Translations under genes and position numbers: made by a program
Notes under the pieces: generated by a model
Told to the model about the DNA's origin: nothing
The model's database searches: none
The model's input: the letters and a program-made list of their open reading frames with translations, nothing else
Shown: positions 19,753-28,617 of the stretch, one piece after another
How the letters are laid out: the number at the start of each line of letters is the position of its first letter
Position numbering within the stretch: the stretch's first letter is position 1
From: Patescibacteria group bacterium
GTDB lineage: Bacteria; Patescibacteriota; Minisyncoccia; UBA6257; JACRHW01
Reading direction: 5' to 3'
Length of the DNA: 64,000 nucleotides
NCBI GenBank assembly: GCA_028865725.1
Contig: JAGWJP010000002.1
Span: forward strand, 40,050-104,049

Positions 19753-20323
19753 AATATGCTGTTTGTTTATTTTTATACGATTTGATTTTGCAATTCGACC
19801 TCGCAAAACAAATCGTCTTATTAACAATTGCTTTAATTACTTTTCTGGATGAGCCAAGAGCATGATAAGCTTTGAACCTACCATCGACCTTGAAAGTGGC
19901 TCATTATTTCAAAATAATAAAATAATTAGGAAATACCAACTGTTTATCCTTTTCATTCCTTCCTTATTTGTTTTTCAAATACCGTTCGTTGCGATCGTAT
20001 TTTTTCTTTTCTCCTCACATCTATTGTACTACAGAAATATGTACACGAGATGTGAAAAGAAAAATGTCCCCTAACCTAAAAAATGGGATGGCAGGAAAAA
20101 TCTAGCAATTTGCTTGATTTGTCCAGACCCAATTATTATAATCCATTTTACCAAAAAAAGCAACCCCTTTTCAAGCTTTTTTCTGTGGAAAACCATCCCC
20201 TTCATTTTTCACAAAAAAACTTTTCATCACTCTTCTTTAATACAACGAGATTGTTCCTCGCTACGTTACACTCTCTTCTTATTTCTATTTCAATTCTTTT
20301 AAGCCGCAGTTGGTAAACTCTTT

Positions 20324-20998
20324 TTACGATTGTGCCTGATATTTACTTCCTCGTCCTCCATTTCCGATACGTATTGCCCTGCCTTGCTCACAAAGTGTCC
20401 GCAAGTCATTTCGGATTGTTTTTTCATTGAATTCAGGAAAGTGTACAAGGATATCCATAAGACGCACAGATTCCTTTTTATGTAAAAGGGAGAGGATTGT
20501 TTCTTGTCGCATAGTTAACGATGCGTGTGTAGGAGTACTTGCGCTCCCCGATTTGTGTTCATGCGTTCCATGGTGTACTGCTGCACGTTCTTGAGAGGTA
20601 GTCGATTTCTCTTGCGTGGGGATATCTGCTCCAGAATAACTATTTTTAGGAAATACGGAACTTTCCGGAAATATAGCTAACGCATCTTGTCCCGTAAAAC
20701 GTTCTTGCTTGTAAATATATGTCTCACAGCGCCCCAAAAAAATTCCCAGCTCACGAGAAAGCACGTCATAATTTTCTTCAGCAATGAAATGCAACCCCGC
20801 TGCGTTTTTAAGCAACAACTCTACCATACCCACCTGTTCCCTCATCCTGCTCAGATCTTTCTTACAAAATGATTCCATAATCAACAACGCATATTCTTTT
20901 ACTTTCTCGCGATATTGTGTGTCGGAAATAGTGTGCGCTACCGCATACAAAACGCGACTGATCACACTAAATTGTTCAACGATAGGTTCCATGCGCAA
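20324..20998 (-). CDS. hypothetical protein, possible regulator with C-terminal winged-helix
   Basis: N-terminal helical bundle-like region and C-terminal segment (ILSLLHKKESVRLMDILVHFPEFNEKTIRNDLRTLCEQGRAIRIG) resembling a DeoR/MarR-type wHTH. Confidence 0.35.
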   Translation of the reverse strand: MRMEPIVEQFSVISRVLYAVAHTISDTQYREKVKEYALLIMESFCKKDLSRMREQVGMVELLLKNAAGLHFIAEENYDVLSRELGIFLGRCETYIYKQERFTGQDALAIFPESSVFPKNSYSGADIPTQEKSTTSQERAAVHHGTHEHKSGSASTPTHASLTMRQETILSLLHKKESVRLMDILVHFPEFNEKTIRNDLRTLCEQGRAIRIGNGGRGSKYQAQS

Positions 20999-20999
20999 G

Positions 21000-23021
21000 T
21001 TATTTAAGATAGCGCGCTGCGGTTGAAGAAGGATTAATAGTCAGCGCTTTTATAAGCTCGGGATTTGCGTGGGCAAGGTCGTGAAGTTCATAGTAAGTAA
21101 TACCCAGAAGACGGTGTCCCACCTCCATATCAGGGCGAAGAGCAACAATCTGCGATGCAAACGTACGCGCATCATTATAATCCTGTTCCATAAGCAGTGT
21201 GGATGTGAGCGCATCAAGCGTTTCGATACGATTAGGACTCTTAGCGTTCGCTTCACGTAAAACTATTTCTGCTTTCTTTATGTAAGCTTCGGAACTCAAT
21301 TTAGTTCCTAAAAGCTGATATGTTTTTCCCAGGACATAATCAAGAAGCAAATACTGAGGATCTTGTTTTCTTGCAACATCAATCATGGCTAACCCCTTGT
21401 CCAGGGCCGGAATATTCTGTTCAATTTCCTTACTATCAAAAGAAGCAACCCAGGAATACAAGTATACGCTCAATTCCTTCTCTACCTCACGGTGTCCTAG
21501 GTAGGATGGCTCCTGTGCCATAGACTCGAAACGACTTACTCCCTCTGCAAGCGAACTTTGTCGAACAAAAAAATATGATGCCGCGAGTTCTTGATTTTTG
21601 TGGTAGGCGGCAGAATTTTCATATAACGCCCAGATACTCATCACGGCGAGCACGGTTACTACCACAAAAAAAACAAAACTCGCGTTAAACTGATATTTGG
21701 GTAGAGATTGCGGTGTATTCTTCTTTGTACTCTGTTCCTCTCCTCCCACCGCAGCATGTCGTGCAAGAACCAAAAAAACAAAAAAAGAAAGGTAGGAAGA
21801 GAACGTATCAAACAGTACTAAGTTTTGTACGAGATAGGCAACGGGCAGCGCAATGTAAATACCGGATACCATTGCGGAATTCCTTTTAAGGATACGAGAA
21901 ACATACCATCGATATAATGCAAAGAAAATAAAACAATAGGCTAAAAATCCTAAAATTCCTGATGTTGCGAGAAGATCAAACACAATACTGTGTGCGTGAT
22001 CAAACCATATCTCAATTCCTGAGTGGATAGGATCGTAATGCTTATCAAAAATTACGGAAAAATTTTCAGGACCATACCCGATTAAGGGTCTCTCTAAAAA
22101 TCCTTTCCATGCCGCTTTCCATGTTGCTACGCGAAGAGTGAAGGTGGAAAGATTATCAAGCCCTGAAAATGGAGTACTCTTCCCCCTTAATACAACAAGT
22201 CCCGTCAAAACAGTCCCAAGCAATACTACAAGCAATCCGATGCCCAGCATGCGTTCCCGACGTTCTGTCCCTTTCCACAGCAAAAAGCCTCCATACACAA
22301 ACAGTCCCGCGAAAAGCCCGATATATGCACCACGTGTCTGTGTAAGCACAAACGCGATAAGATCTACTACCGCCACACATCCCAGTAAATAGTTTTCTGC
22401 ATAAGGAAGGGCGTCTTTGGATCGTCGCCCATGAGCACTATTACGAAGCATCAGCAACCCGATAAATGCAAACACAAAAATAAGAAACCCCGCGAGATAG
22501 GAGGGATTGCCAAATACCCCGCTTACCCGTTCAAAGGTATGTGTACCAAAGTTTATTGCACTGGAAATACGATAAAACGCTGCAAAAGGTGATGCATAAA
22601 TCAATACCCGCACCACATTCATGCAATCATCTATCGTGGCAACATCAAGTAAGAGAAGGAAAAATGCAAAATAATGCAGCAAAGAAAACAACCCCTCGCT
22701 CCGTTCAAAATTGGACCACATGCTGAACGCAGGGTTTACTCCCCACACCGCAGCAAGTGTCAGGGCACCCACAAATATACTTACCGCAGCAACAATAGGC
22801 TCGGTGAAACGAAATCGCACTACACGATGTTGCGCAACATCAATAAGCCACGCTAATAACGCAATCTCGACAAAAAACCTAAACCAGAACACCTTGCTTA
22901 CGATAAATGGAAAATAAAACTGAGGTGAGAAAAAAAACAAAGATAATACCGACAACAAAAGAAATACTTTAACAACAATACGCATAAATAGATTCAAATT
23001 AAAACGGTTTTTGTGTTGCAA
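21000..23021 (-). CDS. O-antigen ligase (Wzy_C)-like polytopic membrane protein fused to C-terminal TPR repeats
   Basis: ~12 TM helices with a large periplasmic loop followed by TPR-like helical repeats (YYELHDLAHA...). Confidence 0.65.
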   Translation of the reverse strand: MQHKNRFNLNLFMRIVVKVFLLLSVLSLFFFSPQFYFPFIVSKVFWFRFFVEIALLAWLIDVAQHRVVRFRFTEPIVAAVSIFVGALTLAAVWGVNPAFSMWSNFERSEGLFSLLHYFAFFLLLLDVATIDDCMNVVRVLIYASPFAAFYRISSAINFGTHTFERVSGVFGNPSYLAGFLIFVFAFIGLLMLRNSAHGRRSKDALPYAENYLLGCVAVVDLIAFVLTQTRGAYIGLFAGLFVYGGFLLWKGTERRERMLGIGLLVVLLGTVLTGLVVLRGKSTPFSGLDNLSTFTLRVATWKAAWKGFLERPLIGYGPENFSVIFDKHYDPIHSGIEIWFDHAHSIVFDLLATSGILGFLAYCFIFFALYRWYVSRILKRNSAMVSGIYIALPVAYLVQNLVLFDTFSSYLSFFVFLVLARHAAVGGEEQSTKKNTPQSLPKYQFNASFVFFVVVTVLAVMSIWALYENSAAYHKNQELAASYFFVRQSSLAEGVSRFESMAQEPSYLGHREVEKELSVYLYSWVASFDSKEIEQNIPALDKGLAMIDVARKQDPQYLLLDYVLGKTYQLLGTKLSSEAYIKKAEIVLREANAKSPNRIETLDALTSTLLMEQDYNDARTFASQIVALRPDMEVGHRLLGITYYELHDLAHANPELIKALTINPSSTAARYLK

Positions 23022-23718
23022 TTATTACAATAACAAGCATACACAAAAAAGTAAATAATATGATAGGAGAGTATCCGACCAATGTCTTTTTCCGAAGATA
23101 ATAACGGCCCCCGTGTACAAGGCAATAGACAAAAAGGGAAAGAAAAAGCGGTGAAAAAAGATAACCGAGAGGCAACAATGCGGTGACCCATACCATTTCC
23201 ATACATAAAAGCACCTCAAGCATCAGTACGCCTGTTTCGTGCGGATGCACCTCCTCTCCCCTGCGACGTAAGGCATAGTTATACCCGCGCAACACTCCCC
23301 ACAGCGCTGCTGCGAATACGATACTTTTTATGGTATCAAAGGGCACATTAAAAAAGAACCAATAAATCCACATGTTAAGTGGGAAAAACCAAGCCCATGC
23401 ACAGAATTTCTTTTGTTGTGCACACACACCCACGACAATGAGAAGAAGGGCGGCACTACAAGCAATTTCGGCCCCCGCAACCATATAAAATGAGTGAAGG
23501 GGCGCTGATAAAAGATATAATGGCGCAATGAAAAATGCGGAAAACGGAAAGTTTCCGGAATCCCGCATAAGAATGTTCAGCCACCACAAAAGCACTATTG
23601 CATTACCTACTTGAAAGATTGGATCCGCACTCAATCCAAGCCACAACAAAAAAGCCGTACCGCAATATGCAAGAAATAACACACCGTATTGCCTAAAGAT
23701 GGATTGTAATTTCATCAC
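22999..23718 (-). CDS. hypothetical polytopic membrane protein
   Basis: 239 aa; 7-8 hydrophobic helices; no family recognised. Confidence 0.45.
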   Translation of the reverse strand: MMKLQSIFRQYGVLFLAYCGTAFLLWLGLSADPIFQVGNAIVLLWWLNILMRDSGNFPFSAFFIAPLYLLSAPLHSFYMVAGAEIACSAALLLIVVGVCAQQKKFCAWAWFFPLNMWIYWFFFNVPFDTIKSIVFAAALWGVLRGYNYALRRRGEEVHPHETGVLMLEVLLCMEMVWVTALLPLGYLFSPLFLSLFVYCLVHGGRYYLRKKTLVGYSPIILFTFLCMLVIVIIATQKPF

Positions 23719-23755
23719 ATCCTACACCTCTAAAAATAAGACTTGCGCGTGCTCT

Positions 23756-26371
23756 TTACTTACTAAGCACGAGTTCTTTCCCTTTTGTAGATACGCTGAC
23801 CCGCCCCTCCTTCAGCTCACCAAGCACTAATTTTTGTGCAACTGCGTCCACAATGAGTTTTTGTATTAATCGCTTTAGCGGACGTGCCCCAAAATCATGG
23901 TCATATCCATGTTCAACAAGATACTGCTTGGCTTTATCATCAACCTTCAACACAATATTCCGCGCCGCTAGTCGTTCCTTCACATAAGTAAGCTGTACAT
24001 CAATGATCTTAATGAGATCTTCCTTGCGGAGCGAATTAAACATCACAATTTCATCAATACGGTTCAGAAACTCTGGCCTAAAATATCCCTTCAACGCTTC
24101 CTGCATTTTTATTTTTACGTTATCTTCCTGTGCAACCGCCCCCTCCCCCATCACAAATCCAAAATTTCCTTCTTGTACGAATTCGCCTCCGATATTCGAT
24201 GTCATGATGATAATAGTGTTCTTAAAATTCACAGTACGCCCCTTCGAGTCAGTCAACCGTCCATTATCAAGCACCTGCAATAAAATATGGAATACTTCGG
24301 GATGCGCTTTTTCGATTTCGTCAAAAAGAATCAATGAATACGGTCTGTGTTTCACAATCTCAGTAAGTTGACCTGCTTCGTCATACCCCACATATCCCGG
24401 AGGCGAACCAATCAATTTAGCGATAGAATGCTGTTCCATGTACTCTGACATATCAAGACGCACGATCGCGTCCTCATCATTAAACATAAAATCTGCGAGC
24501 GCCTTAGCAAGCTCTGTCTTCCCTACTCCGGTTGGCCCCAAAAACAGGAAAGAACCAATGGGCCTCTTTTCGTCCGCAAGCCCCAACCTGCTTCGTTTGA
24601 TTGCCCGTGACACAGCCTCTATTGCCTCATCTTGTCCGATCACCCGCTGCTTCAATACCTGTTCCATCGTCCTTAATTTTTCTGCTTCACCTTCCAAAAT
24701 CTTATCAACAGGAATTCCTGTCCAGCGCGAAACAATCTTTGCAATTTCTTCATCAGTTACTTTTTCTTTTACAAATTGAAATCCTTTCTTGGCCCGCAGA
24801 ATCTTTCTCTCTAACGTTTTCAGCGATTTCTCTGTCTGCGGTATTTTTCCGTATACAATCTCTGCAACCTTTTCTAAATTACCTTCCCGTTCATAACGAT
24901 CGGCATCCTGCCGAAGCTCATCTAGTGTTTTCTGAAGCGCCTGTGCTTTCTCAATCATCCCTTTTTCATCTTTCCATTGCTGCATCAGAGAATCTTTTCC
25001 ACCTCGAAGCTCTTTGAGTTCGCTCTGAATTTCAGAAAGCCTTTTCTTGCTTGCCACAGAAGATTCCTTCTTTAACGCCTCGCGCTCGATCTCAAGACGC
25101 GTAATAGTACGCGTACGCTGCTCTAATTCAGCAGGCATCGAACCCATTTCTAATTTTACGCTCGATGACGCCTCGTCAATAAGATCCACTGCTTTGTCAG
25201 GAAGAAAACGATTGGCGATATAGCGACTGCTGAGCGTTACCGCTGCCACGATAGCACTATCTGCGATTTTGACTCCATGATGCATCTCATACTTCACTTT
25301 TAATCCGCGCAAAATAGCAATACTATCCTCCACGCTCGGTTCTTCTACAAGAATAGGCTGAAATCTACGTTCGAGTGCTGCATCTTTTTCGATGTATCGC
25401 TGATATTCCTTAAATGTCGTCGCTCCAATTGCGCGTAATTCACCCCGCGCAAGAGGAGATTTTAACAAATTTGCCGCATCGAGTGCCCCCTCCGCAGCAC
25501 CAGCCCCCACAATCATGTGAATTTCATCGATAAACAAAATATATTTACCTTGATTTTTTTGCAATTCCTTCATGAACGCTTTCAATCGATCCTCAAATTC
25601 ACCTCGAAATTTCGTACCGGCAATCAGCGCCCCAAGATCTAAGGAAATAACCTCCTTGCCTTGCAACATTTCAGGAACATCTTTGGTTACGATGCGCTGT
25701 GCGAGCCCTTCAATAATGGCGGTCTTTCCCACTCCAGGTTCACCAATCAAGATAGGATTGTTTTTTGTTCTGCGCGATAAGATCTGGACCAATCTGCGCA
25801 ATTCATTTTCCCGTCCGATAATGGGATCAAGCTTTCCTTCTCGTGCAAGCTCGGTCAAGTTTACTGCATACTTTTCTAATGTTTTAAACTTCGTTTCTGG
25901 CGTTTCATCATTAACTTGCGCTCCACCGCGAACATCCTGAAGCACTTTTACAAATTCGCCGTAATTCACCCCAAAATTTTTCAAAATTTCTCTGCCCCGA
26001 GATGAAACCTCAAGAACACCCAATAACAAATGCTCACATGAGATAAATTCATCTTTCATTTTTACCGCTTCTCGTGATGCACTTTCTAAAATCTGCATCA
26101 TCTCCTGAGAGATGTAGAGTTGCGCTTTCTGCGCTCCATTAACGACGCGGGGAATGCGTCCAAGTTCTGTTTCAACGGTTGCCTGTAATGAGCTGATATT
26201 AGTGCCTAGTTTGACAAGGCTCGCCAACACAAACGACTCCTCTTGGTTAAGAAGGGCGTATAATAAATGCAATGATTTTAATTCCGCATTATTACGCTCA
26301 AGTGCGATATCTTGAGCGGTTTGTATAGCTTCCTGTGCTTTTATTGTAAAACGATTAAATGGGCTGAACAT
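23756..26371 (-). CDS. clpB: ATP-dependent chaperone ClpB
   Basis: 871 aa; Clp_N domain, two AAA+ modules (GEPGVGKT, GPTGVGKT) and a long coiled-coil middle domain. Confidence 0.9.
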   Translation of the reverse strand: MFSPFNRFTIKAQEAIQTAQDIALERNNAELKSLHLLYALLNQEESFVLASLVKLGTNISSLQATVETELGRIPRVVNGAQKAQLYISQEMMQILESASREAVKMKDEFISCEHLLLGVLEVSSRGREILKNFGVNYGEFVKVLQDVRGGAQVNDETPETKFKTLEKYAVNLTELAREGKLDPIIGRENELRRLVQILSRRTKNNPILIGEPGVGKTAIIEGLAQRIVTKDVPEMLQGKEVISLDLGALIAGTKFRGEFEDRLKAFMKELQKNQGKYILFIDEIHMIVGAGAAEGALDAANLLKSPLARGELRAIGATTFKEYQRYIEKDAALERRFQPILVEEPSVEDSIAILRGLKVKYEMHHGVKIADSAIVAAVTLSSRYIANRFLPDKAVDLIDEASSSVKLEMGSMPAELEQRTRTITRLEIEREALKKESSVASKKRLSEIQSELKELRGGKDSLMQQWKDEKGMIEKAQALQKTLDELRQDADRYEREGNLEKVAEIVYGKIPQTEKSLKTLERKILRAKKGFQFVKEKVTDEEIAKIVSRWTGIPVDKILEGEAEKLRTMEQVLKQRVIGQDEAIEAVSRAIKRSRLGLADEKRPIGSFLFLGPTGVGKTELAKALADFMFNDEDAIVRLDMSEYMEQHSIAKLIGSPPGYVGYDEAGQLTEIVKHRPYSLILFDEIEKAHPEVFHILLQVLDNGRLTDSKGRTVNFKNTIIIMTSNIGGEFVQEGNFGFVMGEGAVAQEDNVKIKMQEALKGYFRPEFLNRIDEIVMFNSLRKEDLIKIIDVQLTYVKERLAARNIVLKVDDKAKQYLVEHGYDHDFGARPLKRLIQKLIVDAVAQKLVLGELKEGRVSVSTKGKELVLSK

Positions 26372-26427
26372 AAATATCTATTGGCTGGATTAATAATGAA
26401 ATCTGAGCATACGCACCCGTACATACC

Positions 26428-27705
26428 TTAAAGATTGTGAGGTCTTTCCACAAGAAGCATACTGACATCTTCCTCGTCCTTACCCCGCAGCACCTTAAGA
26501 GTAATAACATCCCCTACCTTATACTGACTTATGATATCGGTCAAGCTTTTTTCTTGGGATATCAGAGCTCCGTTTACAGAAAGAATAATGTCCCCCTCTT
26601 TAATACCAGCCTTGTCTGCAGGAGAACCTTTTATTACCGCCGGAATATTATTATCTCCTCGTACGAGAGCGCCCTCATCCACAGACAAATGTTCGGTATC
26701 CTTCAATGACTTGGTGATTAATACATAACGCACACCTATGTAGGGGGTGGAAATCTTACCCGTAGTCGCCACATCTTCTATGGCACGCTTTACGTTATTG
26801 ATAGGAATAGCAAACCCAATACTCTGCGCCCCTTGCGCCAATGCAGCATTCACGCCTATTACTTCTCCCTTTAAATTCAGAAGCGGGCCACCGGAGTTTC
26901 CTTCATTAATGGCAGCATCAGTTTGTATCAATCCCTGAAGAGTCTCCTCTGTATTTGCGCCTTGTGCTGTTACCGTTCTGGCTAATCCGGAAATTATACC
27001 TTCTGAAGCGGTATTCCGGAATTCCGCTAACGCATTTCCTATTGCAATCACGGTCTGCCCAATCATTGCCGTATCCGAGTCCCCTAAAACAAGCGAGGCG
27101 AGCCCTTTTGCAGGAATTTTTACTACTGCCATATCTTGAAATGGATCCCGCGCAAGTACGGTTGCATCAAATTTTTGTCCATCATTGAGATACACGGTAT
27201 ACGATGCAGTTGGGTCACTTACCACATGTTTATTTGTCACAATAAGGCCGTTAGGTGATACAATAAACCCAGACCCTTCACCTACCTCCTTTAATTGGGT
27301 GCCATTTTGGCGAACATTGGGTATTGCAATCTGTCCGCCAAAAAAATTATTGACCGTAGCATTTCCTTGCCAAGGATTCGTATAATACTCTTCATATACA
27401 GGCTCATTCTTTGATACTACAATACTCACTACTCCCGGCATGGCCTGATGAATCACATTTATCACCCGTTCCTCGTGAAGATCCGCTTCGTTACTGACGG
27501 AGGACGACATTAGAGTACTGGGGTACGACACGTGAGATATCAAAGACGGGATGAACCTGGGAGTAAGTATTGTAAGAAGTCCGGGCATGTGATACGGGAT
27601 TGCACCTTCTGCACGCTGCGGATAGAGCCACAACCCCACACACAAAAGACCACTAATAATCGATGTTAGGATAAGAGCGGGGAAAAAAATATGTTTATGT
27701 GTCAT
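26428..27705 (-). CDS. htrA: HtrA/DegP-family serine protease with PDZ domain
   Basis: N-terminal TM helix; trypsin-like catalytic segments (TNKHVV, GNSGGPL) and a C-terminal PDZ domain. Confidence 0.85.
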   Translation of the reverse strand: MTHKHIFFPALILTSIISGLLCVGLWLYPQRAEGAIPYHMPGLLTILTPRFIPSLISHVSYPSTLMSSSVSNEADLHEERVINVIHQAMPGVVSIVVSKNEPVYEEYYTNPWQGNATVNNFFGGQIAIPNVRQNGTQLKEVGEGSGFIVSPNGLIVTNKHVVSDPTASYTVYLNDGQKFDATVLARDPFQDMAVVKIPAKGLASLVLGDSDTAMIGQTVIAIGNALAEFRNTASEGIISGLARTVTAQGANTEETLQGLIQTDAAINEGNSGGPLLNLKGEVIGVNAALAQGAQSIGFAIPINNVKRAIEDVATTGKISTPYIGVRYVLITKSLKDTEHLSVDEGALVRGDNNIPAVIKGSPADKAGIKEGDIILSVNGALISQEKSLTDIISQYKVGDVITLKVLRGKDEEDVSMLLVERPHNL

Positions 27706-27851
27706 ATCATTCTTTGTACACGTTAATACTTCCTTTATAGTATACCAAAAATAGATCTTTCAAATCTAATTCGTCCGTCACGCACCTACCGAAGAGTAAT
27801 TAAAGCCACTTCTCGGTTTTGCTTTTTATTACTTTCTTTGTTACATTAAAA

Positions 27852-27924
27852 AAGAAAAATGGGCCCTTAGCTTAGTTGGTAGAGCGCGTCATTTGCAATG
27901 ACGAGGTCAGGAGTTCGAATCTCC
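27852..27924 (+). tRNA. tRNA-Ala (anticodon TGC)
   Basis: 73-nt cloverleaf folded by hand: acceptor GGGCCCT/AGGGTCC with the G3:U70 Ala identity pair, anticodon loop TTTGCAA, T-loop GGAGTTCGAATCTCC, discriminator A. No encoded CCA. Confidence 0.85.
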
Positions 27925-27939
27925 TAGGGTCCACTCGAG
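27920..27939. repeat. direct repeat copy 1 (gtccactcgagatttgtgaa), overlapping the last 5 nt of tRNA-Ala
   Basis: 19/20 identity with 34366..34385. Confidence 0.7.
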
Positions 27940-28082
27940 ATTTGTGAACCAAATCGCGGAGGAATTGAAAGTTTTGAGAAGTATGATGGAGTCATGACAT
28001 ATTGGACAGGTGGCGACCTGAATGTTATGTTTTGTTTAGAACATTAGATAAATTAATAACGAATGGGGAGGTCCTGTTTCTG

Positions 28083-28568
28083 ATGGAGCAGTATTGGATG
28101 CCAAAGAGATTAGACGTTAAGAATTTACAATTATGTTTAGGTGCATATATCCCAACACATATTTTAATTAGATTGGTAGGTTCTGCTGGCGGAACTGTGA
28201 AAGTTGATCAAGACCTAAGGGGAAAGACTTTACGTTTTAGAAAAGATAAAACAGGCCTCTACCTATTTATTGACGCACAAGAAGTATTTCATTTTCCTCT
28301 CAAGGATTACCAAAAGGGTTTTTCTCTTGGATACGAAAGGATTGAGCCCACAGAAGATGGTGTTGGAAGAATGATCGTGTTAAGTCGCGAGGTTGATCCA
28401 TATGCTCCAAACCTTCCAGAACCAAGATGGTCATTTTTGAGGATTGTACTGGACAATCATCTTATGGAGATCTTTTTTGAAGGCAGGGTTAATCTAAAAT
28501 TTCATTCGTGGTGGGTTAAACCACGTTGGAAATACTGGGTTATTGATGGGCCTGATAGGAAATCTTAA
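28083..28568 (+). CDS. hypothetical protein (AT-rich orphan ORF beside tRNA-Ala)
   Basis: ORF with RBS (ggggagg) 11 nt before ATG at 28083; visibly lower GC (~39%) than neighbours; followed by a hairpin terminator. Confidence 0.45.
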   Translation: MEQYWMPKRLDVKNLQLCLGAYIPTHILIRLVGSAGGTVKVDQDLRGKTLRFRKDKTGLYLFIDAQEVFHFPLKDYQKGFSLGYERIEPTEDGVGRMIVLSREVDPYAPNLPEPRWSFLRIVLDNHLMEIFFEGRVNLKFHSWWVKPRWKYWVIDGPDRKS

Positions 28569-28573
28569 TTTTC

Positions 28574-28603
28574 GCACCACGCATTAAAGGGTGCTTTTTT
28601 ATT
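28574..28603. terminator. hairpin + T-run, likely bidirectional terminator between convergent genes
   Basis: gcacc-acgcattaaag-ggtgc followed by tttttt; A-run on the other side. Confidence 0.5.
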
Positions 28604-28617
28604 TTTTTACAATCAAA

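Noticed and set aside
27852-27924. tmRNA (tRNA-Ala-like ends) instead of tRNA-Ala
   Set aside because: It is a complete 73-nt canonical cloverleaf with anticodon and T-arm. There is no tag-peptide reading frame or pseudoknot region.
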